From positions 2,418,001 to 2,482,000 of the forward strand of contig CATNEN010000041.1 of NCBI GenBank assembly GCA_950097015.1: DNA of 64,000 bases, given 5' to 3'. The position numbers were made by a program, and so were the translations under genes. This stretch comes from Macrostomum hystrix (Eukaryota; Animalia; Platyhelminthes). Of the stretch, positions 49,385-61,308 are shown in pieces; positions within the stretch are counted from its first letter, which is position 1, and each line of letters opens with the position of its first letter. A model generated the notes under the pieces. That model had not been told where the DNA came from. It worked only from the letters and a program-made list of their open reading frames with translations, and searched no databases.

Positions 49385-50110
49385 TTCTATACCTGAATGA
49401 CCGATTCGATACCTGAATGACCGATTCTATACCTGAATGACCGATTCTATACCTGAATGACCGATTCTATTCCTGAATGACCGATTCTATACCTGAATGA
49501 CCGATTCTATACCTGAATGACCGATTCTATACCTGAATGACCGATTCTATACCTGAATGACCGATTCTATACCTGAATGACCGATTCTATACCTGAATGA
49601 CCGATTCTATTCCTGAATGACCGATTCTATACCTGAATGACCGATTCTATTCCTGAATGACCGATTCTATACCTGAATGACCGATTCTATACCTGAATGA
49701 CCGATTCTATACCTGAATGACCGATTCTAGCTCGTATACCTGAATGACCGATTCTATACCTGAATGACCGATTCTATACCTGAATGACCGATTCTATTCC
49801 TGAATGACCGATTCTATACCTGAATGACAATTTAATCATTTAATGACTGATTCTATCCCTGAATGACCGATTCCATCCTTGAATGACCAATTCTATCCCT
49901 GAATGACCGATTTTATCCCTGAATGACCGATTCTCTCCTTGAATGACCGATTCCATCCTAGATTGACCAATTTCATTCTGTAATGACCAATTCTATCCTT
50001 GAATGACCGATTCCATCCTTGAATGACCCATTCCATACTAGAATGACCAATTTCATCCCTGAATGACCGATTCCATCCTAGAATGACTATTTCAATTCTC
50101 GAATGACCTA
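49385..50110. repeat. 20-bp minisatellite (CCTGAATGACCGATTCTATA), degenerate at both edges
   Basis: Read directly; a single 7-bp interruption at 49730-49736. Confidence 0.95.
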
Positions 50111-50571
50111 TTCCACTGCTATCCAGTTGGCAGAGTGCACGATTCAGTGCTTACTAGCAAGCCATAAATGTCTTCAGTCCGAAATCTCAGAGGCTGCCCA
50201 GCAAGCGCAGCGTGAGCTCATGGCACCCAGGCAGAAGAGACGCACACAATTTTCGCACTCAAGTGGTCGCTCCGAGTGTCTCAGAGCGGCTCAAGGTTAG
50301 AGTGGCGCAATTTAACAAATTAATTACAGAAAGCGAGTCTGGTCACCGCTCGGCAGGAGCAACTTTTCTGACAACTGGGTGACAACAAAATTAGAAGTTG
50401 CTTCTCGAGGTTTATGACTAGAAGCTGGACTCGCTGCCTGACTAAAAGAGAAAAAATTTCGACCGCTTTTTGGAAAACACAAAATCGATTCCACCCACTC
50501 CCCGTTTCGGTAAGACAAGTCCGAAAGTTTCACATTTTAATACAATGTCCATTTTAGCGACACATTAGACA

Positions 50572-51110
50572 GCCAGTCAGCAGGTGAGGCAGTCAGTCAG
50601 CAGGTGAGGCAGTCAGTCAGCAGGTGAGGCAGTCAGTCAGCAGGTGAGGCAGCCAGTCAGCAGGTGAGGCAGTCAGTCAGCAGGTGAGGCAGCCAGTCAG
50701 CAGGTGAGGCAGCCAGTCAGCAGGTGAGGCAGTCACTCAGCAGGTGAGGCAGTCAGTCAGCAGGTGAGGCAGCCAGTCAGCAGGTGAGGCAGCCAGTCAG
50801 CAGGTGAGGCAGTCAGTCAGCAGGTGAGGCAGTCAGTCAGCAGGTGAGGCAGTCAGTCAGCAGGTGAGGCAGTCAGTCAGCAGGTGAGGCAGCCAGTCAG
50901 CAGGTGAGGCAGTCAGTCAGCAGGTGAGGCAGTCAGTCAGCAGGTGAGGCAGTCAGTCAGCAGGTGAGGCAGTCAGTCAGCAGGTGAGGCAGTCAGTCAG
51001 CAGGTGAGGCAGTCAGTCAGCAGGTGAGGCAGTCAGTCAGCAGGTGAGGCAGTCACTCAGCAGGTGAGGCAGTCAGTCAGCAGGTGAGGCAGCCAGTCAG
51101 CAGGTGAGGC
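50572..51110. repeat. 20-bp minisatellite x27, each unit carrying CAG|GTGAGG
   Basis: CAGGTGAGGCAGTCAGTCAG at an exact 20-bp period from 50581 to 51101. Confidence 0.95.
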
Positions 51111-51153
51111 ACTCAGGAAAAATTTCCACTCGCAGGCATCGCTGGGGTTGACG

Positions 51154-52271
51154 ATGATGCCATCAGCCACTGGGCATCGACGGCAGCTTCCGCTGTCGCT
51201 GGATGCGGTCCGACGCGCCGAGCGGTGTCGTTTTTACAAGGCGCGGGTGAAGCTGCACACGGAGGAGGCCCACCTGGAGCTGCGGCTGCAGCGGCTGCTG
51301 ACAGAGCGGACTGCGGCAGAACTGCGGCTGCGCCGACGAACCGCGGGGCTGCGGCAGCTGGCGATGGCGCAGCAGGAGGAGGCACGAGAGGCGCATGAGG
51401 CCGACAGCCGCATGCTGGAGGCTGTGATGCGCAAAATCCAAATCAGCAAGCGGATCGGCTTCGAGCAGGCCATTAAGTACAAGTCCAGTGAGACCGCACA
51501 CTTTGATCTGTGATCGGGCGGAGAGGAATCCGGTGGGTTCAGGCCAGGCCAGGTTCAGTCTGGAGTGTCGGTGGGCTCAGGCTGAAGTGTCGGTTGGTTC
51601 AGGCTGAAGTGTCGGTGGGTTCAGGCTGAAGTGTCGGTGGGTTCAGGCTGAAGTGTCGGTGGGTTCAGGCCAGGCCAGGTTCAGTCTGGAGTGTCGGTGG
51701 GCTCAGGCTGAAGTGTCGGTTGGTTCAGGCTGAAGTGTCGGTGGGTTCAGGCTGAAGTGTCGGTTGGTTCAGGCTGAAGTGTCGGTGGGTTCAGGCTGAA
51801 GTGTCGGTGGGTTCAGGCTGAAGTGTCGGTGGGTTCAGGCTGAAGTGTCGGTGGGTTCAGGCTGAAGTGTCGGAGGGTTCAGGCTGAAGTGTCGGTTGGT
51901 TCAGGCTGAAGTGTCGGTGGGTTCAGGCTGAAGTGTCGGTGGGTTCAGGCTGAAGTGTCCATGCTTTCATGCGGGAGTTTTAGTGGTTTCCAACGAAGCG
52001 AACCGAGAGTATTGTGCCCTGCTGGTGCTTTTCAGAGCCAGTCCAGCTCGAGTTGCGCAGGCAGCAGCAACTGCTGCAGGAGGCGCCCCAGACGCAGCCA
52101 CCACCGCCGCTGCCACCACCGGCGCCGCCTCCTCCGCTGGACCTGCGACTGATCTGGCCGAGCCTGCGCACCCGGGGTCATTTCAGGCAGCTCTACGCGC
52201 AGCTGCTCCAGCAGGACCGGCAGGACGAGGCCAGACGGCGGCGCGGCGCGTTGGACGCGAAATTTGGTGAA

Positions 52272-52321
<50 letters not shown>

Positions 52322-52430
52322 TGCGTCGGGGGAGGACGACAGTGACGATGGGGTGAAAGAGTTGGTGAGAAGCGGCAACAGCGCGAGGCGACCAGGCCTG
52401 GAAGAGCGGCGCCAGTGCTGGACTCGTTGA
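51154..52430 (+). CDS. Uncharacterised coiled-coil / poly-Pro / poly-Ala protein; exons 51154..51487 and 52036..52430 (or 52036..52364 if spliced to the ankyrin exon)
   Basis: Acceptor ctcgcag|51136, donor 51487|gtgaga (phase 1), acceptor tttcag|52036, with E/R/L heptad-like composition. Confidence 0.65.
51532..51957. repeat. 22-bp minisatellite (TCGGTGGGTTCAGGCTGAAGTG), intronic
   Basis: About 17 units. Confidence 0.95.
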
Positions 52431-52706
52431 CGCTCAGCTGAACAGAATGAACAGTTGAATGAAGCCTCTGTGATTTATTTATACCCCCCACGAGTTCTGA
52501 CGGCAGTTTAAATAGAAATGATAAATTTTATTTTCACTAAAGCGAAAACGTAACTGATGCGGTCTCAAAAAGCTTCCGTTATTTTCTTCTGGACGTATTA
52601 CGAGTATAAACTTTGCCTTCGATTGCGGCAGTGCGCTTGCATTTCTACTTTTAGTAGTGGCACCGACTGTACACACTAATTCTCGCTCAGCGTCTATATA
52701 TATAAT

Positions 52707-55700
52707 ATGTTTCGGTTTGCGAGCTTGTTTTCTCTTCACAAGCAAGGTCACGTGTTTGAGCTCCTCACAGTGGCTCACCCCACGGCAGCAATACAAGCGG
52801 CCCTCCAGGCCAGGGACCCAGACCGCCTTCTCCCTCTGTGCAAACTTCTCGACTCAAACATCACGCTCACCGCCTGCCGGAGACAGCAGTCCGTCACCCA
52901 TCATGTCGCTTGCCTGAGCAACGGTTTTCTCTGCTTTGAGGCTCTCATCACGGCACTCGGAGCCGACTGCCTCACCCACACTAATGAGAACAACAACACC
53001 CCCGTGCACCTGGCTGCGCTCCACCAGGATCAGTCCTGGATGAAATTAATAAAAAATGTCCTCGGATCTGCATGTTTTCAGCATGCAGGACAGTTTCAAC
53101 GGACTGCTGTGCATTTTGCAGCCTGCAACACTGCCAACAACGATACCCTAAAGTGGCTCGCGAAAGAATGTGGCGCACAGTCTGTCACAATGAGAGACCA
53201 GCACGGCAACACTCCTGTCCACCTGGCAGCTTGGCATCAGGGCTCCGATTCCATGCAGTTCTTTAAGTCGCTACTCGGAGCCGACTGCCTCCAGCACGCT
53301 GGGCAGTTCCAACGTAAGGTTATCCACTTCGCAGCCACCAACACTGTTAATAGCGATGCCCTGAAGTGGCTAGCAGAAGAATGCGGAGAGCACGCTCTGA
53401 AGGAGAGAGACCAGCACGGCAACACCCCAGTCCATCTGGCAGCGTGGTATCAGGGCTCCGATTCGATGCAGCTGTTCAAGTCGCTACTCGGAACCGACTG
53501 CTTCCATCAAACAGGACATTTACAACGTACTGCTGTCCACTGGGCAGCGACCAACACGGCCAGAAACGATGCGCTTAAGTGGCTCGCGAAAGAATGTGGC
53601 GCACAGTCTCTCACAGTGAGAGACGCGGACGGCAACAGTCCAGTCCACCTCGCGGCGTGGCATCAGGGCGCCGATTCCATGCAGCTGTTTAAGTCGCTAT
53701 TAGAACCAGACTGCTTTCATCAGACTGGACAGTTCCATTGCACTGCTGTCCACTACGCAGCGAAAAACACTATGAAGAATGATGCCCTCAAATGGCTTGC
53801 AAAAGAATGCGGCAGGCAGTGTCTCACAGCGAGAGACTCGCATGGCAACACTCCAGTCCACCTCGCAGCGCAGTATCAGGGCTCGGACTCCATGCAGCTG
53901 TTCAAGTCGCTACTCGGACCTGACTGCTTCCATCAGACTGGACAGTTCCATTGCACTGCTGTCCACTACGCAGCGAAAAACACTATGAAGAATGATGCCC
54001 TCAAATGGCTTGCAAAAGAATGCGGCAGGCAGTGTCTCACAGCGAGAGACTCGCATGGCAACACTCCAGTCCACCTCGCAGCGCAGTATCAGGGCTCGGA
54101 CTCCATGCAGCTGTTCAAGTCGCTACTCGGACCTGACTGCTTCCATCAGACTGGACAGTTCCATTGCACTGCTGTCCACTACGCAGCGAAAAACACTATG
54201 AAGAATGATGCCCTCAAATGGCTTGCAAAAGAATGCGGCAGGCAGTGTCTCACAGCGAGAGACTCGCATGGCAACACTCCAGTCCACCTCGCAGCGCAGT
54301 ATCAGGGCTCGGACTCCATGCAGCTGTTCAAGTCGCTACTCGGACCCGACTGCTTCCATCACACTGGACAGTACCTGCGCAGTACAATCCATTGGGCAGC
54401 CACCAACACAATCAACAACGATGCTCTGAAGTGGCTCGCAGAAGAGTGTGGAGGACATGCCCTGAAGGAGACGGACCAACACGGCAACACTGCGGTCCAC
54501 CTCGCAGCGTGGTATCAGGGCGCAGATTCCATGCAGCTTTTTAAGATTCTACTCGAGCCTGAGTGCTTCAATTACTCTGGGCATTTGCAGCGGAGACCTA
54601 TTCATTTCGCAGCAACAAATGCAGTCAACAACGATGCCCTCAAATGGCTCGCTAAGGAGTGCGGTGTACAGTCTCTGAGATTGCTAGATGACGACGGCAA
54701 CACTCCTGTGCACCTGGCAGCATGGCATCAGGGCGTCGATTCCATGCAGTTCTTCAAGTCACTACTCGGACCCGACTGTTTCCACCAGGCTGGGCAGTTC
54801 CAGCGAATCGCTGTGCATTGGGCAGCCTCCAACACTGCCAACAACAATGCCCTTAAATGGCTCGCGAAAGAATGCGCACAGTCTCTCACAGTGAGAGATG
54901 CGGACGGCAACACTCCAGTCCACCTCGCAGCATGGTATCAGGGCTCCGACTCCATGCAGCTCTTCAAATCGCTATCGGGACCCGACTGCTTCAACCAAAC
55001 GGGGCATTTCGAACGAACTCCTGTCCACTTCGCGGCTACTAACACAATCAACAATGATGCCCTCAAGTGGCTATCGAAACAATGTGGAGCTCAATGTCTG
55101 ACAGTGAAAGACCTGGACGGCAACTCTGCTGTTCACCTCGCAGCATGGTATCAGGGCTCCGATTCCATGCAGCTCTTCAATTCATTACTCGGACCCGTCT
55201 GCTTCCAACGCACTGGACATTACGAACGTACTGCTGTCCACTTCGCAGCCATCAACACTGTCAGTAACGATACCCTCAAGTGGCTTGCAAAAGAATGCGG
55301 CAGGCAGTCTCTCACCGCGAGAGACTCGCATGGTAACACTCCTGTCCACCTGTCAGCGTGGTATCAGGGCTCCGATTCGATGAAGCTCTTCAAGTCGCTA
55401 CTCGGAACCGACTGCTTCTATCAAAAAGGACATTTACAACGTACTGCTGTCCACTGGGCTGCCACCAACGCAGTCCACAACGATGCCCTCAAGTGGCTTG
55501 TCTCCGAGCTGGGCCACTCGTGTTTGTTGTGCAAGGACTTGAGTGGAGCTACAGCCGTTCACCTAGCAGCTTGGTATCAAGACACGTCGTCCTTGAGCTT
55601 CATCGTCGACTGCCTGGGTGTCTCTGCTTTGGATCTGTTGGATGCTGCTTATGGCAAGGTGGATGACTATGCGCAGCAAAACATTCAGCATGGGTCTCGG

Positions 55701-55781
55701 ATCCAGGAGTGGATTGACGAACAGCGTCAGCGGCGGAACCAGACAGACACGACCAAGGAAGCTCTTTGCAGTCTGTTTTGA
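52707..55781 (+). CDS. Ankyrin-repeat protein: uninterrupted 1024-aa ORF of about 26 ANK repeats in alternating A/B types (71-aa super-repeat)
   Basis: 13 GNTPVHLAA-type repeats alternate with 12 G.FQRTAVH[FWY]AA-type repeats. Three near-identical 213-bp units span about 53718-54347. Confidence 0.92.
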   Translation: MFRFASLFSLHKQGHVFELLTVAHPTAAIQAALQARDPDRLLPLCKLLDSNITLTACRRQQSVTHHVACLSNGFLCFEALITALGADCLTHTNENNNTPVHLAALHQDQSWMKLIKNVLGSACFQHAGQFQRTAVHFAACNTANNDTLKWLAKECGAQSVTMRDQHGNTPVHLAAWHQGSDSMQFFKSLLGADCLQHAGQFQRKVIHFAATNTVNSDALKWLAEECGEHALKERDQHGNTPVHLAAWYQGSDSMQLFKSLLGTDCFHQTGHLQRTAVHWAATNTARNDALKWLAKECGAQSLTVRDADGNSPVHLAAWHQGADSMQLFKSLLEPDCFHQTGQFHCTAVHYAAKNTMKNDALKWLAKECGRQCLTARDSHGNTPVHLAAQYQGSDSMQLFKSLLGPDCFHQTGQFHCTAVHYAAKNTMKNDALKWLAKECGRQCLTARDSHGNTPVHLAAQYQGSDSMQLFKSLLGPDCFHQTGQFHCTAVHYAAKNTMKNDALKWLAKECGRQCLTARDSHGNTPVHLAAQYQGSDSMQLFKSLLGPDCFHHTGQYLRSTIHWAATNTINNDALKWLAEECGGHALKETDQHGNTAVHLAAWYQGADSMQLFKILLEPECFNYSGHLQRRPIHFAATNAVNNDALKWLAKECGVQSLRLLDDDGNTPVHLAAWHQGVDSMQFFKSLLGPDCFHQAGQFQRIAVHWAASNTANNNALKWLAKECAQSLTVRDADGNTPVHLAAWYQGSDSMQLFKSLSGPDCFNQTGHFERTPVHFAATNTINNDALKWLSKQCGAQCLTVKDLDGNSAVHLAAWYQGSDSMQLFNSLLGPVCFQRTGHYERTAVHFAAINTVSNDTLKWLAKECGRQSLTARDSHGNTPVHLSAWYQGSDSMKLFKSLLGTDCFYQKGHLQRTAVHWAATNAVHNDALKWLVSELGHSCLLCKDLSGATAVHLAAWYQDTSSLSFIVDCLGVSALDLLDAAYGKVDDYAQQNIQHGSRIQEWIDEQRQRRNQTDTTKEALCSLF

Positions 55782-57504
55782 CGAAGCCGAAGCTAGCGAT
55801 ATCTGGAGAGAGCGGGTCCTTCGACCGCGGTCTGTGACTCTAAATGTGACTTTTTATGTTTAGATGCCGGAAAACTTGCCTGCTTTGATTGACATTGACA
55901 ATGAGCTAACAAAATTGACAATTTTGTGTTTAAATATGACGAAAAATTATTTCTGATGAACCAAATTTTATGATAGCAGAAAAAAGAGCAATAAATAAGG
56001 AAGGGAAATGACTAAATTCGCCAATCAGATTATGCTCTTCGATTAGACATATTAGAGTGACCATTAATTGAATTTTACTTAAGCTATTTCAAAGAAACAT
56101 TTACTGTTTTGAGTTGAACTAGACTCATGAATTCTCATCAGAATTCCTGTTGGTATTCTGTACTCAGAATCCCAGAGGATTTATCTCATGGCTTCAAATT
56201 CAAAGCTGCGGGCTGTACTTAGAAAGCACGTAACTAGAGCGTACTGAACACTCCTTATTCTCTCCCCCACTCTGTAATCTTGCGTCTCCTATGTGCAGGG
56301 GCAGGGAGGTTTAGGAGACAATGGGACTGTGGGGTCTCTTACAGCACAGCCAGGCACAGGCAAGCTTGGTGATGAAATTCCAAGCTTGGAATTTGAGCTT
56401 GGTGACTCATTACTTGCGCACAATGCGAGAGGCTTAACCGTCACCAGGGAGACGGCGACCGATGGGTAGATTATTTTTATAGTCGTACATTGTGCCCACG
56501 AGGAGAGTTGCAGCCAGAGCAGCCATTTCTCAACTCTTCAGCACAAGATTTGGTCGCATTTGCAGCTACAGCTACTGTTGGCAGCAGTGTTGCGCGCGTT
56601 ACTCGTTACCAGTTTGGTAACGATATCGTTTTTTTCCCGTTGCCATGGGCTGGTAACGATCATATAGTATTTATCAACAGTGTGCATTTTCCATTACCTG
56701 TTTTCGTGCACCTGCATCCCTAGTCAGTCGAGTAGAAACGCCGATACATCTCACCCCAGTTCTTGCCATGGTATCGACCATGGGATGCAGAGTTCAGTCG
56801 GTTTGGTTCGAGGATTCACCTCGGGCTCCATGCTAGGCCTTAATTAGACATCCCCTTTGGCAGTCAAAGTCGGTAACCCGCAGAGAACGGGCTGCTCTGT
56901 CAAGCCGGGAATGTCCCGCACAGCCACCACCAGGTCATCGGTCGGGGATTGGCCGCGAGCAGTCTGAGCTGGTCAGAACTCCAGCGGGCCCGGCAAGGAC
57001 TCGGAGAACATTTTGCCAGGTGCCGCAGGTTGGTCCAGGCCTGCCAGCTCACTGAGCGGGGCAGCTCGGCAAGCCTTATTATACGAATTCAGTGGGGAGG
57101 GGATGAGTGGCAGAACGGTCTGGCGCGTTTGCCTCTCGCAACAAGGTCCCTAACCTCAATTCCGCGGCGAGGCAACATTCATTTCGGGCTTAGCGGCGAA
57201 AAAGGCTTGGGACCTTGTCATGCGATTTACGCCCTTGAGGGTCAACCTTTAAGACAGAGTCTAAACTGCCTGACGATGAGAAAGCCTGTGTACAGGTGGG
57301 TGCCTGCGTAATGTCTGGAATATTATTACTCTATTATTGCATTGTTATTGTAATGTATTAAAGTATTATTGCTTGGGAGTCAGAAGAATGGGTAGAATTG
57401 CATCCTAGCAGGCTACGGATCAATACTGTCCCCAAATGAAGCACCAGGGTTCCGCAGCCCCTCGTGCAATTATTATTAGAAGCGTTTAGAGTCGCTCGAG
57501 TCGA

Positions 57505-59695
57505 TAACAGTATTTCAAATAGCCGCATAGCCCAAATTATTCAACCAATCGGCATGCAGAATGCAGTCTAATTTTCCGCTCTATTTGATGAAACAACTTC
57601 CAGAATCACACAACATCGCCATCGTCAAGACATTCAACGATTCTCGTCGGGATGTTTGGTGGCAATGGCATAAACTCTAATTTTTCAGCTCACAAAACTT
57701 AATTACGTAACCATGCATGTCGACTATCATTGTTGACTATTTTTATTTATTAAATTGTGAACTTTTCATTTTTTTATTTTCTATTTATATTTGAAGCACT
57801 ATGGATTCGCCACAGAGGTTTATACAGAGCAACATTATTTGCTATTGTCACCCAATATGGATTCGCCACAGAGGTTTATGCAGAGCAACATTATTTGCTA
57901 TTGTCACCCAATATGGATTCGCCAGAGGTTTATACAGAGCAACATTATTTGCTATTGTCACCCAATATGGATTCGCCACAGAGGTTTATACAGAGCAACA
58001 TTATTTGCTATTGTCACCCAATATGGATTCGCCAGAGGTTTATACAGAGCAACATTATTTGCTATTGTCACCCAATATGGATTCGCCACAGAGGTTTATA
58101 CAGAGCAACATTATTTGCTATTGTCACCCAATATGGATTCGCCACAGAGGTTTATGCAGAGCAACATTATTTGCTATTGTCACCCAATATGGATTCGCCA
58201 CAGAGGTTTATGCAGAGCAACATTATTTGCTATTGTCACCCAATATGGATTCGCCACAGAGGTTTATGCAGAGCAACATTATTTGCTATTGTCACCCAAT
58301 ATGGATTCGCCACAGAGGTTTATACAGAGCAACATTATTTGCTATTGTCACCCAATATGGATTCGCCACAGAGGTTTATGCAGAGCAACATTATTTGCTA
58401 TTGTCACCCAATATGGATTCGCCAGAGGTTTATACAGAGCAACATTATTTGCTATTGTCACCCAATATGGATTCGCCACAGAGGTTTATACAGAGCAACA
58501 TTATTTGCTATTGTCACCCAATATGGATTCGCCACAGAGGTTTATGCAGAGCAACATTATTTGCTATTGTCACCCAATATGGATTCGCCACAGAGGTTTA
58601 TACAGAGCAACATTATTTGCTATTGTCACCCAATATGGATTCGCCACAGAGGTTTATGCAGAGCAACATTATTTGCTATTGTCACCCAATATGGATTCGC
58701 CACAGAGGTTTATACAGAGCAACATTATTTGCTATTGTCACCCAATATGGATTCGCCAGAGGTTTATACAGAGCAACATTATTTGCTATTGTCACCCAAT
58801 ATGGATTCGCCACAGAGGTTTATACAGAGCAACATTATTTGCTATTGTCACCCAATATGGATTCGCCACAGAGGTTTATACAGAGCAACATTATTTGCTA
58901 TTGTCACCCAATATGGATTCGCCACAGAGGTTTATGCAGAGCAACATTATTTGCTATTGTCACCCAATATGGATTCGCCACAGAGGTTTATGCAGAGCAA
59001 CATTATTTGCTATTGTCACCCAATATGGATTCGCCACAGAGGTTTATGCAGAGCAACATTATTTGCTATTGTCACCCAATATGGATTCGCCAGAGGTTTA
59101 TGCAGAGCAACATTATTTGCTATTGTCACCCAATATGGATTCGCCAGAGGTTTATGCAGGGCAACATTATTTGCTATTGTCACCCAATATGGATTCGCCA
59201 GAGGTTTATGCAGAGCAACATTATTTGCTATTGTCACCCAATATGGATTCGCCAGAGGTTTATGCAGAGCAACATTATTTGCTATTGTCACCCAATATGG
59301 ATTCGCCAGAGGTTTATGCAGAGCAATGTTATTTGCTATTGTCACCCAATATGGATTCGCCACAGAGGTTTATGCAGAGCAATGTTATTTGCTATTGTCA
59401 CCCAATATGGATTCGCCACAGAGGTTTATGCAGAGCAATGTTATTTGCTATTGTCACCCAATATGGATTCGCCAGAGGTTTATGCAGAGCAATGTTATTT
59501 GCTATTGTCACCCAATATGGATTCGCCAGAGGTTTATGCAGAGCAATGTTATTTGCTATTGTCACCAGGCTTTGAAAGTTTATCATAAAAAGCAGAAAAT
59601 GTTGATTCAGGTGAAAGACTTTCTCGATAATCGGTCATTCAGTTGCCTATCGTGAAGTAGTCAGTGGGTATTTGAAATGCCCCTGTGGACTTTGC
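57505..59695. mobile_element. Probable non-autonomous DNA transposon (MITE-like) enclosing a 56-bp minisatellite
   Basis: The left part is homologous to 13345-13495. The right end, 59664-59695, is an inverted copy of the motif at 13323-13353, and a degenerate left copy is GTATTTCAAATAGCCGC at about 57510. No target-site duplication was identified. Confidence 0.4.
57798..59568. repeat. 56/54-bp minisatellite x about 32
   Basis: TATGGATTCGCCACAGAGGTTTATACAGAGCAACATTATTTGCTATTGTCACCCAA, with frequent 2-bp deletion variants. Confidence 0.95.
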
Positions 59696-61308
59696 CCAGG
59701 GTAAATGGCGCGGTCATTTTACAGTTAATAAAAGCCGAATGAACAGCGCCGCCTTTCAGGGCATCGGATTCATCAGGGCAGGTCGCTCCGAATTCTGCAA
59801 GGAAATAACCTCTTTCACCGCATGGGCATTGTACAGACATTCATCCTGCTCTATCAAAGCAAATGAGTTGAAGGCAGAAAGCAAGTCGAAGGCGTGAAAG
59901 CCATGGAATTACTTCACAGAATCCGCTGCAAGCAGCGGAAGATCAAGAGCTGACAAAATTGCAAAAATACACGGCCTTCTGCTCTGTTAAATCATTTTTG
60001 AACCATCGATCCGAAATTGTCTCGCCAGTGAAGGCGCCAGACCAGCGAGCACTCGCAGAAGCCACCGGAGCAAGCAGTCAATCAATCGGGGATGGGGGAG
60101 GCAGCGCAGTGAGTGAACGCAGGAAGCTGTAATATAATGCTCAAACTGCAATGACGTATTGCGCAGGTGGAAATGGTCAGGTAGAAACTGGCAGCCGCCA
60201 TTGGATAATTCGAGCCCTATAATAAGTAATTAGACACAAAAGTACACGAGTCAGCGATTAGTCGAACTCAGCTCTGAATGAATCAACAGCCAGTGTGACC
60301 CAGGCCCCGAGGCCACTAAAACACGTTAAAATGAAAACAACAAAAAGGACACAAAACGAAACTAACCCGGAGTGAATCCCCCTACAAAACAGACAGCATA
60401 AAAGGCCCAGCATGGATGGGATAAAAGAGGAGGACACTTTGCCTGACTGGCGGGATCTGGCGCGCACACGGGGAGAGAACTGCAGAGGCTCCCGGCTGAG
60501 CCGCACGGAACACATCCCAGCTGGGCAAGCAGCGATTCCATTCGGCATCCCCGGGCAACTAACCAAATCCAACTCAAGCTTAACCAGCTCAAACTCTTTT
60601 TTATCGGCTGCCACGCACAAAAGGGAAGCGGCCCGCCCGGCTTGCCAGGCCAGCGTGACACTCGCTGCCCACTAGGGAGTACCCGCAGGCCGAGGCTCAT
60701 GGAGCAGAAAGTCATCTTTTGTGTGTTTCTTCTTCAATAAAGCGGAGAAAAAATGTGTAGAAATAATATTTAAACAAAAAGACACGAGACCAAAGCAGTG
60801 GAAAAAACTAGCAGCCTAGAGTGAGCTCACTGCCCGCGAGGCCGGCAACTTTGAGCACAGGATACCATTGGCTAGTCAATGATTTATGATGATTTCTTAG
60901 ACAGCTCAGATTCCAAGCTGCAGCTCAAAGCTCGGTGCACGCTAGCAGCGGGAGCTCCTCGCAGCAGGCTAAATCATTTGGGAGTTACAATCAGCGACCC
61001 TGCCAGTGGATTCACGGCAGGCACTTCATGAATCTGTCACCAGCGCCGAGACAAGCAAATTCGCATCGGGGAGAGGGCGAATGAACGCAGACGGAGTCGG
61101 GGAACACGAATTAGAGGACAAGGGAGCGGAGTACGCACGGAACAAGCGATGGGCGGGGTCGGGAAGTCGGATAGAAAAAATTAAAAAAGCACGCATTGAG
61201 GAACCCCACAGGGTGCTGTATAGGTCCATCCGGATTCGGGTTCGCAAGCACCCGCGCCCGGGCCACAGTCGCCCCGTGAGCTGCGGAATCCCTCGGGCCG
61301 CCGGGGCT

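Noticed and set aside
56700-57310. GC-rich stretch resembling decayed coding or TE sequence
   Set aside because: Stops in all frames and no identifiable motif or splice-consistent exon.
59629-59642. 14-nt reverse-complement match to the 49385-50110 array unit (CTGAATGACCGATT)
   Set aside because: With more than 30 arrays to compare, a 14-mer hit is not clearly beyond chance.
57757-59655. Three overlapping ORFs of about 600 aa
   Set aside because: The 56/54-bp unit lacks plus-strand stops in all frames and shifts frame each unit; non-coding.
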